Assembly (NCBI RefSeq): GCF_006345805.1
Contig: NC_043010.1
Coordinates: 66,836,001 to 66,900,000 of the forward strand
DNA: 64,000 nucleotides
Source of the DNA: Octopus sinensis
Taxonomy: Eukaryota
Direction of reading: 5' to 3'
Shown: piece by piece, positions 50,314 to 62,610 of the stretch
How the letters are laid out: each line of letters opens with the position of its first letter
Numbering within the stretch: position 1 is the first letter of the stretch
Made by a program: the position numbers and the translations under genes
Notes under the pieces: model-generated
What the model saw: only the letters and a program-made list of their open reading frames with translations
What the model was told of the DNA's origin: nothing
The model's database searches: none

Positions 50314-50841
50314 TCTCTCTCTATATAAACGGCAGTTTGTCTGTCTGCGTGTCTGTGTGTCTGTCAGGTTGTACCCTCACCCTGACCACGGCTTTCAACC
50401 GATTCTGATGAAACTAAACACACACATAGCCCAATGTCATAATTCAAAACTAACGCAGCGAAAATTTTGAAAAGTTCCCCAAGTTTTGAAAAAAATCGAT
50501 AAATTTGACATGGGGTCGAGAATCTCAGCTTTTTTTTTTTTTTCGCAACTTGCAATCGATTTTCACCAAACTCATGGTGAAGCTTAATGTTACCCTAAGA
50601 AACTTAATTCTGACGTTAGTTTTCCATGCAATACCTTATCATCAGAAAAAATCGATAAAATCATGCCATTTTGGGAAATCGCGTTTTCGCCCAAAGGAAC
50701 AGCTAGGAACATCGTATACACAGAAGACATTGTAACCTACACATGCGCCTTCGTTCCCTAGAGGGAAAGGACTAGATTGGGATTAGTCGTTGCCTACTAG
50801 GGGCTCTTACATACCCAGGCAACGCCGGGCTATGCTGCTAG
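50314..50841 (+). mobile_element. Non-autonomous Helitron
   Basis: A|TC start at 50314, hairpin CCCAGGCAACGCCGGG, and CTAG|T end at 50841. Confidence 0.85.
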
Positions 50842-51944
50842 TCCTAACTATTCTGAAGCTCATCGCTTTTATTAAAGCTTGTATATTAATAATTCTTTGT
50901 TTCTTTACTCCAGGCGTGACACCCTCTGCCGGCGATGCAGTATATAGCCCAAGTATTGTCCAGATCTGTTACTACAAAGTCATGGGCAAAAGCCCAAATG
51001 ATGCAGTCTTGTCCCTCAATACCTATAGCATGCAACAATTTAAGGTCTTCTGCGGGTTGGTTGTTGATTTTTACTTTTTTATATTTTCTATTTAAAAAAA
51101 AAATTTTAAAGTTTTTTTAATCGATGTACAGCGGTCATGTTGGGGCACCACCTTAAAGGGTTTAGTCGAACAAATAGCCCTTAGGACTTATTTATTTATT
51201 TTTGTTTTCTGTTTTGTAGTCTATAATTATTCTATCGGTTCTGTTGTCGAAACCGCTAAGTTACAGGGACGTAATCAAACCAACACCAGTTGTCAAGCAG
51301 TGGGGGAGCGGCACACATGAGCACAAAAAACACACACGCACCAACAAACAGACACACACGTACACGCACCAACAGACAGACACACACGCAGACGCACGCA
51401 GACAGACGCACGCACACACGTAGACACAGACAGACGCACACGCACACGCAGCCGCAGACAGACACATACGCACACACAAACAGACACACGCGCACGCACG
51501 CACACACTCGCACGCACGCACACACTCGCACACGCATACACAAACAGACACGCGCACACGCACACACAGAGACAGACACACGCGCACACGCATATATAAA
51601 CAGACCGCACACGTATACGCACACACAGACAGATACACATGCACACGCACACACAGACAGACACACACCACATATTACAGGTTTCTACACAGTTTCCGGG
51701 TATTGGTAGTCCTGGAGATATACTATAAGGCAACTGCTCAAGTTACCGAGCAGTGGAACTGAACTCAAAACCACTTTGTTACAATGTGAGCTTTGTAACC
51801 ACACGGCCTCGCATTAGGTGAGTCAGAACATCCTTGGTTATGTTGTTATCAAGGGCCCAATATTATGTTCAGTGCATTTACGGGCGCAAAGGCTACTTTG
51901 TTCAGGAGCTGCAAAAATCAGTTCACTCGCAGACGTTTATATTA

Positions 51945-52201
51945 ACAGGCTGGTGCATAATTATTGCGGCTTTTTTTTTTTGTCAACAAATTTTATTAAG
52001 AGAAAACATTAACAACATGTAACAAAAACATCTTTAAAGAATTATTCCGGAGCATATTCACCATCTACTTCAATTACTGCTCCTCATTTGCTGGGCAGAC
52101 GGTCAGACCGTTATTGAAAGATGTCTTTGTTAAATATTATTATTGTTTTTGTTGAATAAAATTTGTTGAAAAAAAGCTGCAATAATTATGCACCAACCCA
52201 A
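51945..52201. mobile_element. Mariner-derived MITE made of two inverted 3' ends
   Basis: TIR (T)TGG(G)TTGGTGCATAATTATTGC(G/A)GCTTTT at both ends. The interior encodes a transposase C-terminus (AVIEVDGEYAPE*). A further one-ended copy lies at 52351-52510. Confidence 0.75.
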
Positions 52202-52213
52202 TAATTTTCAGCG

Positions 52214-52263
<50 letters not shown>

Positions 52264-52511
52264 ACACACACACGCGCGCGCGCGACGGCCTTTTTCGATT
52301 TCCCTCTACCAAATCCATTCACGGGCTTTGGTCAGCCCGAGGCTATAGTATTGAGTTGGTGCATAATTATTGCGGCTTTTTTTTTTCAACAAATTTTATT
52401 CAGCAAAAACAATAATAACATGTAACAAAAACATCTTTAAAGAATTATTCCGGGGCATATTCACCATCTACTTCAATTACTGCTTCCCATTTGCTTGGCA
52501 GACGGTCACCC

Positions 52512-52626
<115 letters not shown>

Positions 52627-53113
52627 TGAAAGACTTCAGACAAAAACCATTCCTCCTCATTGATATGACTGTCCCAATCTATATAAACGTATCTGTCAAG
52701 ACCTACCAAAAACTGAGCAAGTATAAAGATCTCGAAATAGAAATTAGTAAAATGTGGAACCAGAAGATTAAAACAATACCTGTTGTTATAGGTGTTGTAG
52801 GAATGATAGCAAAAGGGGCTGATTGCTACCTAGCTCAGATACCAGGAAACCCCAAATGGTAGAAATTCAAAAGATAGTGCACATGGGAACTGCCCATATG
52901 CTACGTAAAATACTGTCTATGTAATCTCAAATCTTAAAACAAACATAATTTTCTTATGGTTTCTTAAACATTCTCTAGAACAACACTATGTACAAAACCA
53001 AATATATGGCACCCTAGGCATAACACCAACAGGAACTTCTAACTTGTTGTCTCTTGAGGTCTCTGGGTGAGACTTGGAGCCAACTTGTACAAATGCAAAG
53101 CAAAAGTCAAACA
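52627..53113 (+). mobile_element. R4/Dong-like RLE 3' end following (TAA)n
   Basis: LLIDMTVP...KLSKYKDLEIEISKMW...TIPVVIG plus 3' UTR. Confidence 0.8.
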
Positions 53114-54165
53114 CAAACTAAAAATCCCTTCTACTGGAGGCAGGCACAATGCATGTAATTTTAGGAGGGGACCAGTCGATTACATTGACCATAGTAAGTG
53201 ACTGGTATTTTTTCTATCGACCTCGCAACAATGAAAAGGGAAAACAACGTCGATGCGATTTGAACTTAGAACCTAAAGCGCCAGAAGAGATGTGTCTAAG
53301 CATTCCCCCCCCCTCCACACTAAAGATTCCTCCATTTCTCTGCTTTTGTTGAAATTGTAAAATATATATATATATATAACACGTATCATTTCAGGTCCTA
53401 CCCGAAGTATGTGAATTGTCTGACCCGAGGCATTAGTAAATCCGACGAGGAGCAGGACATGTTCCTCAATTTGCTCTATCAAAACGATTCGATGCACATC
53501 TCATACGCGGGAATCTGCCATGACGTAGACGGTAAGACGTTTCCTTAGTCTGCATTGCAGCATATTATATCACACAGGCATATACCATACTACCATACAG
53601 TACTGTGAAGGCGCATGGTTCAGTGGTTAGAGCGTCGGGATCAAAGCCATGAGATAGTGAGTTCGATTCTCGGACCGGGTTGTGTATTGTGTTCTGGAGC
53701 AAGACACGTTATTTCATGTTTTTCCAGTCCATTTACCTGCAGAAAGGTTTTCAAGCTGTATCGGCTCTTGCCTTTACCTTGGATAACATCGGCGGCATGG
53801 AGCGAAGAGGCTGGTATGAACAGGCGATTGCTGGTCTTCCGTAAACAACGTTGCCCGGATTTGTGCCGCGGAGGGTAACTTTCTAGGTTCAATCCCGTGG
53901 TCATTCACGACTGAAGAGGATCTTTACTCTTTACCCTTGCTACATATAACAGCGTGGAGACGGGAGGGTGGTATACACGGGTGACTGCTGGTTTTCATAA
54001 ACAAACTTGTCCGAACTTGTCCCACGAAGGGTGACCTTCTAGGTGCAATCCCGTGGTTATGCTTATTTCACAGTATATACAGTGCAACAGCGTGCATGTT
54101 CATATAGAGCTATACCACGCACTACATTACCATACATTTCTATACCATACCCAACGCTATAGCTT

Positions 54166-54239
<74 letters not shown>

Positions 54240-54612
54240 ATACTCACACGCGCACACATCATCGTCATTCAACATCCACTTTCCCATGTTTGCATGGGGG
54301 GTCAGAAAGGGTTTATTTGAGGCGAATTTAATTCGGCCAGATGTTCTCCCTGTCGCCAGTCCTCATCCGTTTCCAAGCAAGGTAATATTATTTCTCCATG
54401 GCCAGGCTGGCTTTCACAGAAATATTGCGAAATGAACGACACTGCTTGTACGACGGTGATGCTCTTTCACAATCACACGATATAAAAAACGAAGAAACAC
54501 AAACATACACACTCGCACGTACATACACAAACACAAATACACACTCACACAAACACGCACATGCACTCACATATCCAAGTATACATAATACATACATACA
54601 CCCACTCATATG

Positions 54613-54648
<36 letters not shown>

Positions 54649-54689
54649 ATATATATATAATATATATATAATATATATATATATAATAT

Positions 54690-54726
<37 letters not shown>

Positions 54727-54831
54727 GTAAAAAATGAAGTTTGAAAATGCTGCTATATTAGACAAATTTTAATTTTTATTTTTTAACATGTTTCGGTTCT
54801 TGAAATGACGAACCTTATCAAAAAAAATTAT

Positions 54832-55583
54832 ATATAATAAAGAGAGTTCATGCTATATGTTTAAAGAGTATGATGTAATAGTTCATAATTGTGACATATA
54901 TTCAATAGAGTCAAATATAAAAATTCATATATAATAAAGGGAGTCCATGCTATATGTTTAAAGAGTATGATGTAATAGTTCATAATTGTGACATATATTC
55001 AATAGAGTCAATATAAAAAATTCATATATAATATTCAATAGAGTCAAATATAAAAAATTCATATATGATAAAGGAGTCCATGCTATATGTTAAAGAGTAT
55101 GATGTAGTAGTTCATAATTGTGACATATATTCAATAGAGTCAAATATAAAAATTCATATATATAAAGGGGAGTCCATGCTATATGTTTAAAGAGTATGAT
55201 GTAATAGTTCATAATTGTGACATATATTCAATAGAGTCAAATATAAAAATTCATATATAATAAAGGGAGTCCATGCTATATGTTTAAAGAGTATGATGTA
55301 ATAGTTCATAATTGTGACATATATTCAATAGAGTCAAATATAAAAAATTCATATATAATATTCAATAGAGTCAAATATAAAAAATTCATATATGATAAAG
55401 GGAGTCCATGCTATATGTTTAAAGAGTATGATGTAGTAGTTCATAATTGTGACATATATTCAATAGAGTCAAATATAAAAATTCATATATAATAAAGGGA
55501 GTCCATGCTATATGTTTAAAGAGTATGATGTAATAGTTCATAATTGTGACATACATTCAATAGAGTCAAATATAAAAAATTCA
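54832..55583. repeat. ~97-bp tandem repeat, 7 units, with higher-order structure
   Basis: TGCTATATGT starts at 54851, 54948, 55081, 55177, 55274, 55409 and 55506. Confidence 0.92.
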
Positions 55584-55919
55584 TGTTCTTGAAAAAGCGA
55601 GGAGTTCATTTTAGATTTTACCTTGTGTTCCAATGGGAGCAACAGTAATGATTTTTGGTTGGTGTCTGTTCGTACAATTTTGGTGAATTTTGTGATTGTT
55701 GGGTTTATATCAGCTCAGCTTAGCTGTGGTCACTTGAACTTTTCACTGACGTCATATAGTTCCAAACCAATCATCCTGTTAGGTGGCTAGTCCAGCAGAA
55801 CGAGACGTCATCAATGTTTTGACCAATGAGAATCGGGTCTGACCCATATTTTCCGGTATTCAGGGTTTCTAATTTGTGATTTATGCACCGCCATCCTGTT
55901 ACGTAAGCTATATATATAT

Positions 55920-55994
<75 letters not shown>

Positions 55995-56071
55995 TGTGTT
56001 GTGTGTGTGTATGTGTGTGTGTGTGTGTATATATGTATGTATATATGTATGTATATATACATATATATATA

Positions 56072-56110
<39 letters not shown>

Positions 56111-56340
56111 ATGTGTGTGTCTTTTATGTTTTACTTGTTTCACTTATTATACCGCGGCCATCTTGGGGCACTGTCTTGAGGAATTTTAGTCGAGTGAATC
56201 GAACCCAGTACTAATTAAATTTTGTAAAAAGCCTGCTACTTATTCTATTAGTCTCATTTGCCAAACGACTAAGTTACAGGGACGTAAACACGCCAACACC
56301 AATTTTCAAGCAGTCACAGGGACGAATGCACACACACATA

Positions 56341-57969
56341 TTAGGTTGTCCGTAATGTTCTGAGCGTCTTAAAGCTGAATCTTTTAACGCTTCATTAAAC
56401 ACACCTGAGGCATAAACAAAGTTTAGCGTTGCTTGAAGTGGTAGTGCATCTGTACTTTGTTCTTAACTAAAAATAGATTTATCTTTCACTAGCAGTATCG
56501 CCCAGCGTTGCTCAGGTTTGTTTTCTCTTCGACCCTTTAGAATTGGAATTTTTGAAAAGTAAAATTTTGCATTATGTAGCTTGTTATTCTCTTTAAGTGA
56601 ACATTTTTCTGGTTGAAATACACCGAAAAATGGCAACACAGCTGTCAAAAAATCGTAAAAAAATAGGGATTTTCATAGAAAAAAAAGCACCTTTTTGATG
56701 TAAATAATTTTTGGTGTTAACATGGTCCGATTTGAATTTTTTCTTCTACTGAAGGAAGAGCAAGTTTTCTTCTATCATACTCTCAATTCTGGTCAACTTG
56801 CGCTGCAGGGTCTCAGAGGAGATAGTGTTAGTTGAAGGCTACCAAACCTGCCATACACAGACAGCTTCAGCTTTATATATAGAGAGATTTTGATTACCCT
56901 TTATTGACACTTGAAATGGATAACCAAAAATTTCATATTTGCATCGTAAAAAAGGAGAAAATACGGCAAAGACTTGTAAAAACATTTGTGAAATTTATGT
57001 TGATGATACTGTAGATGAATCAACTGTTCGAAGGTGGTTTGCAAACTTTAAAGCTCGAGAGTTTAGCTTGGAAAATGACAGTTGCAGTGGAAGACCTCCA
57101 AAATTGGATGAATATGTTTCGAAGGCAAAAAACCGAAGAAAATTCAAATATCACGACTAGAGAACTTGCAGAGGAGTCGGAAGTTCTAAAAGTACTGCTC
57201 ATAAACACCTAATGAAGCTATAATGTATGGATTCATCACAAACACCCAGAAAATACTGTTTGGACCGGTATTCCGTTTGTGAAACGGAATGAAAGCATAC
57301 CTTTTCTTTTAAACAACTTGTGATTGGAGATGGAAAATGGATTGTGTACGAAAACCTAGTACGAAAAAGATCATGGAGTTTGTGTAAGGATCCCCCAAAA
57401 CAGCAACCAAAGACGAATATCCACGCCAAAAGAAAGCTATGCTTTGTGTTTGGTGGGATCATAAAGGCATTATTCATTATGAGCTTCTCCCACAAAACCA
57501 GACCATTAATTCTCATGTGTACTGTCGTCAGATGGCTAATTTGAACCAAAAAAGCAAAGAATTGAGGCCGGAGATTGCTAACAGGAAAGGAGTAGTGTTC
57601 CAACAAGACAATGCCCGACCACATGTGTTTTTGGATACCCGAACAAAATTACACGAACTTGGCTGGGATCTCTTACCACATTCACCATATTATCCTGATA
57701 TTGCGCCATCCGACTACAAGTTGTTTTTGTCTGTATAGAACACATTGCACGGAAAAACATTTTTTGCAAGGAAAAACACGACGGAGTCAAAATGCATCTA
57801 GATAACATTTTCCCATCAAAACCAGTTAAATTTTATGCTGATGGAATATTTAAATTGCCTGATCATTAATAATAACGGAAATTATTTCATTGAAAAAAAT
57901 TTATCGAAAGGTCTATTTTAATCCCTTTTTGCATATTAAAAAACGTTCAGAACTTTCCAGACAACCTAA
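56341..57969 (+). mobile_element. Full-length decayed mariner (transposase pseudogene)
   Basis: TA-flanked TIRs TTAGGTTGTC.G.AA.GTTCTGA.CGT. Motifs TVRRWF, SGRP, GDGKW, MLCVWWD, FQQDNARPH and YYPDIAPSDY, with frameshifts. Confidence 0.92.
56489..56887 (-). mobile_element. Non-autonomous Helitron nested in the mariner 5' region
   Basis: A|TC (56888|56887) to CTAG|T (56489|56488); its 3' terminus matches the 2982-4615 family. Confidence 0.85.
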
Positions 57970-57981
57970 TATCAATATGTA

Positions 57982-59405
57982 TCAGGTCATTAAGAATGAA
58001 ATCTCCGATTTTTGAACTGAAAGTTTATTTTACTTTATCTCAACAAAAAGCAATGCAGTTAATCAAAGTATGCACCTAAATTATCAACACAATTTTACCA
58101 TTTTATTAGTAGCTTATTTATGCCAGCAGTGAAGACTTCTGGAGGGCAAGAGGTGATGACATCACGAAAGGCTGTTTTTGCATCTTTTTTTAGATTTTTT
58201 CCTTGCAAAAAGTCATTTAATGCCTGGAAAATGAGATAGTCAGTTGGTGCAAAGTCTGCTGAGTATGGTGGATGATAGAGTACTTCCAAGGTCAGTTCCT
58301 GTAACTTGAGTAAAGTTCTTTGTGCAACATGTGGTCAAGTATTGTCTTGCAAGAGAATTGGCCTGTCTCTGTTGACCAATCTCGGTTGTTTAATTGTAAG
58401 TTCACTCATAATTTCATCCAATGGTTGATGTAGACATCCACTGTAATTGACTTACCAGGTCTCATGAAGCTGTAGTGGATGACACTAACACTGGACCACC
58501 AAACAGACACCATTAGCTTTTTTTGATGAATATTCTTCTTTGGATTGTGTTTTGGCACTTAGTCTATCCAACCACCGTGCAGAACGCTTGCTATTGTTGA
58601 AAAGAATCTATTTTTCATCACACATAACAATACGATGCAAAATTGGTTCGTTTTTATGCCGTAACAGCAAAGAACAGCAACTTTCAAGACGACGTGTCAT
58701 TTGATGTTCGTTCAGTTCGTGTGGTGCCCACTTGTCCAGCTTCTGTATCTCCGATTTGTTACAGATGGGCCAATACATTTGGAATTGAAACATCAAACTA
58801 CCTCACGCGTAGTTTGAAATGTATCCGCTTCCACTACAGTTTCCAGCTCATCATTATCCAACTTAGTCTCAGGTCTACCACGGGTTGATTTTCGAGAGTA
58901 AAGTCACCAGACTGGAACTTCTCAAACCATCGACGTATAGTGCACTCATTCGCCACATCTTCACCAAGCACCTCATTGATGATTTGAGCCGTCTGGGATG
59001 CATTATTTTCACGACAGAACCCATATTCATAAACAACAGGAATTTTTGATGATCTATCCATGAGTTCATAAAAATTGATTTACAAGAGAAAACTCACAAT
59101 ATAGTCAGACTGCATGAATAGCAGTTCGAAAAGTGAAGATATAACACTGCAATGTTGTAAAACAAAGAATTGTCAGGATAAAACATTACATATCATTATT
59201 ATATTCAGTGGTTAGGGCAGCGGACTCGCGGTCATAGGATCGCGGTTTCGATTCCCAGACCGGGCGTTGTGAGTGTTTATTGAGCGAAAACACCTAAAAC
59301 TCCACGAGGCTCCGGCAGGGGATGGTGGTGATCCCTGCTGTACTCTTTCACCACTGTCAAACTTGGTGCATAAGAAAATCGGACTTTCATTTTTAATGAC
59401 TAAAA
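57982..59405 (-). mobile_element. Second decayed mariner (Hsmar1/cecropia-like), with a SINE C fragment at 59203-59355
   Basis: TIRRWFEKFQSGDF, KLDKWAPHEL, IVMCDEK and HPPYSADFAPTDY. Inverted ends GTCATTAA.AATGAAA..TCCGATTTT at ~57986 and ~59400. Confidence 0.85.
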
Positions 59406-59613
59406 TTATATTATTAAAATTATAATTTACTCCATGATCGAAACTGCAGTTTTTCTGTGGGATAGGTCGTAACACACACGTGGGTATAAAGGATAGATAT
59501 GTATCATATTCGGCTGTATATTTTGGGAAGTGCGGTTGAATATTAGTTATGCGATGACGCTTCATCGCGTACATATTTAATCCTAACACTCGCAAATTTA
59601 TAACTCGGAGTAT

Positions 59614-59672
59614 CGCACTGAGGAGAATAATAGGTAAATATAATTTACTTTAAATTCGAAACGCGTCTGTCG
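59614..59672 (+). ncRNA. Minimal type I hammerhead ribozyme motif
   Basis: CGCA-CTGAGGA-GAAT(..AGGTAAAT ATA ATTTACTT..)ATTC-GAAAC-GC-GTC-TG(T)CG; the core is intact. Confidence 0.65.
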
Positions 59673-59974
59673 TTAATCGAAGTCGTGTGGATTCATCATT
59701 TTTCTTGTCTACATAAAAAAAGTGTGTTACTGTCTAGGAGATTTTTATGGTAGTTGAAAAGACACTAGCATCTATTTCTAATTCAGTACGTGGCGAGGCA
59801 CTTAATGGACCCCTGATTATAATTATGCATATAATTATGGAATATTATGTATATATATATTATATATATATATATATATATTAATCAATATAGGGTAGCA
59901 AAAAATTCAATAGAAATTTTTTCGCCACCAGCGGTCTAGTGAGAAAGAGAAAATAGTCAGAGACTATATATATA

Positions 59975-60141
59975 ATTCAACAACAATTGAGGAACGGCCT
60001 CAATAGGCCATTCGACCCACTAGAAAGAGCAGCCAGGACTCAAACCGCCAAGAATTACTACTACTTGGCGGTTTGAGTCCTGGCTGCTCTTTCTAGTGGG
60101 TCGAATGGCCTATTGAGGCCGTTCCTTAATTGTTGTTGAAT
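59975..60141. repeat. Palindrome 1: 78-bp arms, 11-nt loop
   Basis: 59975-60052 against 60064-60141, with one mismatch. Confidence 0.95.
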
Positions 60142-60156
60142 ATATATATATATATA

Positions 60157-60500
60157 TATATTAGAAGAAATGAGGTAATCAGAAGATCGGATGGGTCATA
60201 TTTATAGATATTTATTTATATATTACATTTTTTACATATATATATCATATCATTCAGATCATATCATTCAGATCATATCATTCAGATTAATAGCGCTTTC
60301 TCCCATTCTAGTGGGGTTTTCAAATCAAATTAAACGTTTCATTATTTGATTTGAAAACCCCACTAGAATGGGAGAAAGCGCTAATAATCTGAATGATATG
60401 ATCTGAATGATATTATATATATATGTAAAAAATGTATATATAAATAATATCTATAATATGAACCATCCGATCTTCTGATTACCTCATTTCTTCTAATATA
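60157..60500. repeat. Palindrome 2: ~160-175-bp arms, 13-nt loop
   Basis: 60157-60330 against 60344-60500. The left arm has 3 copies of the ATCATATCATTCAG 14-mer and the right arm has 2. Confidence 0.95.
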
Positions 60501-60526
60501 TAATACCTGTACATCATCTCTAAACC

Positions 60527-60634
60527 TTCCAAAGAGTGAAACCGGTTAAGTAAATAAACATCTTTTAAATTGCATTTTCAAACCTTCTTTCGTATGTATA
60601 TATATATATATATATATATTATATAATATAATAT

Positions 60635-60682
<48 letters not shown>

Positions 60683-60753
60683 TACATACGAAAGAAGGTT
60701 TGAAAATGCAATTAAAAGATGTTTATTTACTTAACCGGTTTCACTCTTTGGAA
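60527..60753. repeat. Palindrome 3: ~75-bp arms around (TA)n
   Basis: TTCCAAAGAGTGAAACCGG...CGTATGTATA against TATACATACG...CCGGTTTCACTCTTTGGAA. Confidence 0.95.
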
Positions 60754-61379
60754 AAAGATTGTCAAAAGTAACATAGAATATTATGAATTCAAAAAAGTTT
60801 TTTTCATAATTGCCACATTGAATATTATGTATTCAAAAAAGTTTTTTTACATAATTGTCACATTACATGTATAAATATAATGTTTGGTAACAGGGATATG
60901 TTAAGGGCATAAAGAAGTTCAACAGTGTGATGAGAATATTTGGAAAAATTGGCAGAAAAGAATAAAACAAATATATTATTGGAAATTTGGTTGCGTTAAT
61001 TATTGGTTGTTGCAAATTGTCACATTACATGTATATATATAGTCTTTGGTAAAAAGGACATGTTAAAGACATAAGGAAGTGCAATAGTATGGTGAGAATA
61101 TTTGAAAAATTGACAGAAAAAATTAAATGAATATATTATACATCTCAGGGTCCGTACAGAATATTATGAATTGAAGGCGAGAGTTTGTTTTTACTGACCT
61201 GTTTGTTTTAGCAGAAATGTTGAATTGAGAGAAATGTACCCGTTTTGTTCTGTTTATGGCTTCCCTTCAAGCATCAATGATTTTGGGGTTATCATGAGGT
61301 GAGTATGTGTGTCTCTCTGCGTGTGTGTGAATAGATGTGTCTGTGTGCCCGTAGTATCTGGTCAGACGGCGTCTGTTTG

Positions 61380-62073
61380 TCACACACATACACACACAAC
61401 ACACACACATACACATAATATACAAACACACAACACACACACATACAGAACACACACATACACAACGCACACACATATATAATATACACACACAGCACAC
61501 AAATATAACATGTATTTATATATAATACACACACATATATAACACACACACACACACAACACATGCACAAATACATACATACATAATATAAATATACACC
61601 AACACCTAGCACATATATACATACATACACATACACAGCATATATATAATACACATGCACAATATATACATACAATATACATGCACAATACATACATATA
61701 ATATATATATATAGACAATGCATATACATATATAATATATACATATAAATAGTGTTTACATACACATACATAAATATACCACATATACACACAATATACA
61801 TACATACAATGTATACATATACACGTACGCATACATATAACATATATATACACACACAATACATACACATACACAATGCATACATATATATACATGCAAT
61901 GTTATACATGTATTCATGCATATATAACACACCTACAATACATATATACAATGCACACATACACACACATATACACATAATTGTACACATACATATACAA
62001 TACACATACATACAATATACATATACACAATGCACATGCAAATAATGCACATATTTATACACACATATATATG

Positions 62074-62109
<36 letters not shown>

Positions 62110-62392
62110 CACACATACACACACATATATATATAAAATTCACACACACACACACACAAAATACATACCTATAGCGTACACACACATATATATCTCTACA
62201 TACCGCACACACACACAAACAATGTACTCACATATACACACATACCATGCATACACACACCCAACACATATATATATAAAAACAAATACACATGTAAATA
62301 CATACACACGCACACAATGCACACACACACACACACAGTGCACACACACACACATATACACACGCGCGCACACACACACACACAAAACGCAC

Positions 62393-62425
<33 letters not shown>

Positions 62426-62460
62426 CACTCACACACATACATAACCTACATATATATAAT
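61380..62460. repeat. Degenerate CA/TA low-complexity tract
   Basis: Direct reading; possibly part of the adjacent PLE 3' region. Confidence 0.85.
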
Positions 62461-62610
62461 GCATGCGTGTGCGTGCCGTGTATGTGTGCGGTCAATGCCC
62501 GCTAGTGTGCCCTATGTGTGCCGATGCGCGCATGTGTCCGCCCGCACGATATGCTGCGAGTGTGCGCGTGTCCCTGTGTGCTTGCTCTGGATGTGTGCCT
62601 AGGGGGTATG

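Noticed and set aside
56920-57890. Active mariner transposase or SETMAR-like host gene
   Set aside because: There are multiple frameshifts and stops, TIR boundaries, and no SET domain.
61292-62602. Longest ORFs (308 aa and 190 aa)
   Set aside because: They come from a CA/TA low-complexity tract.
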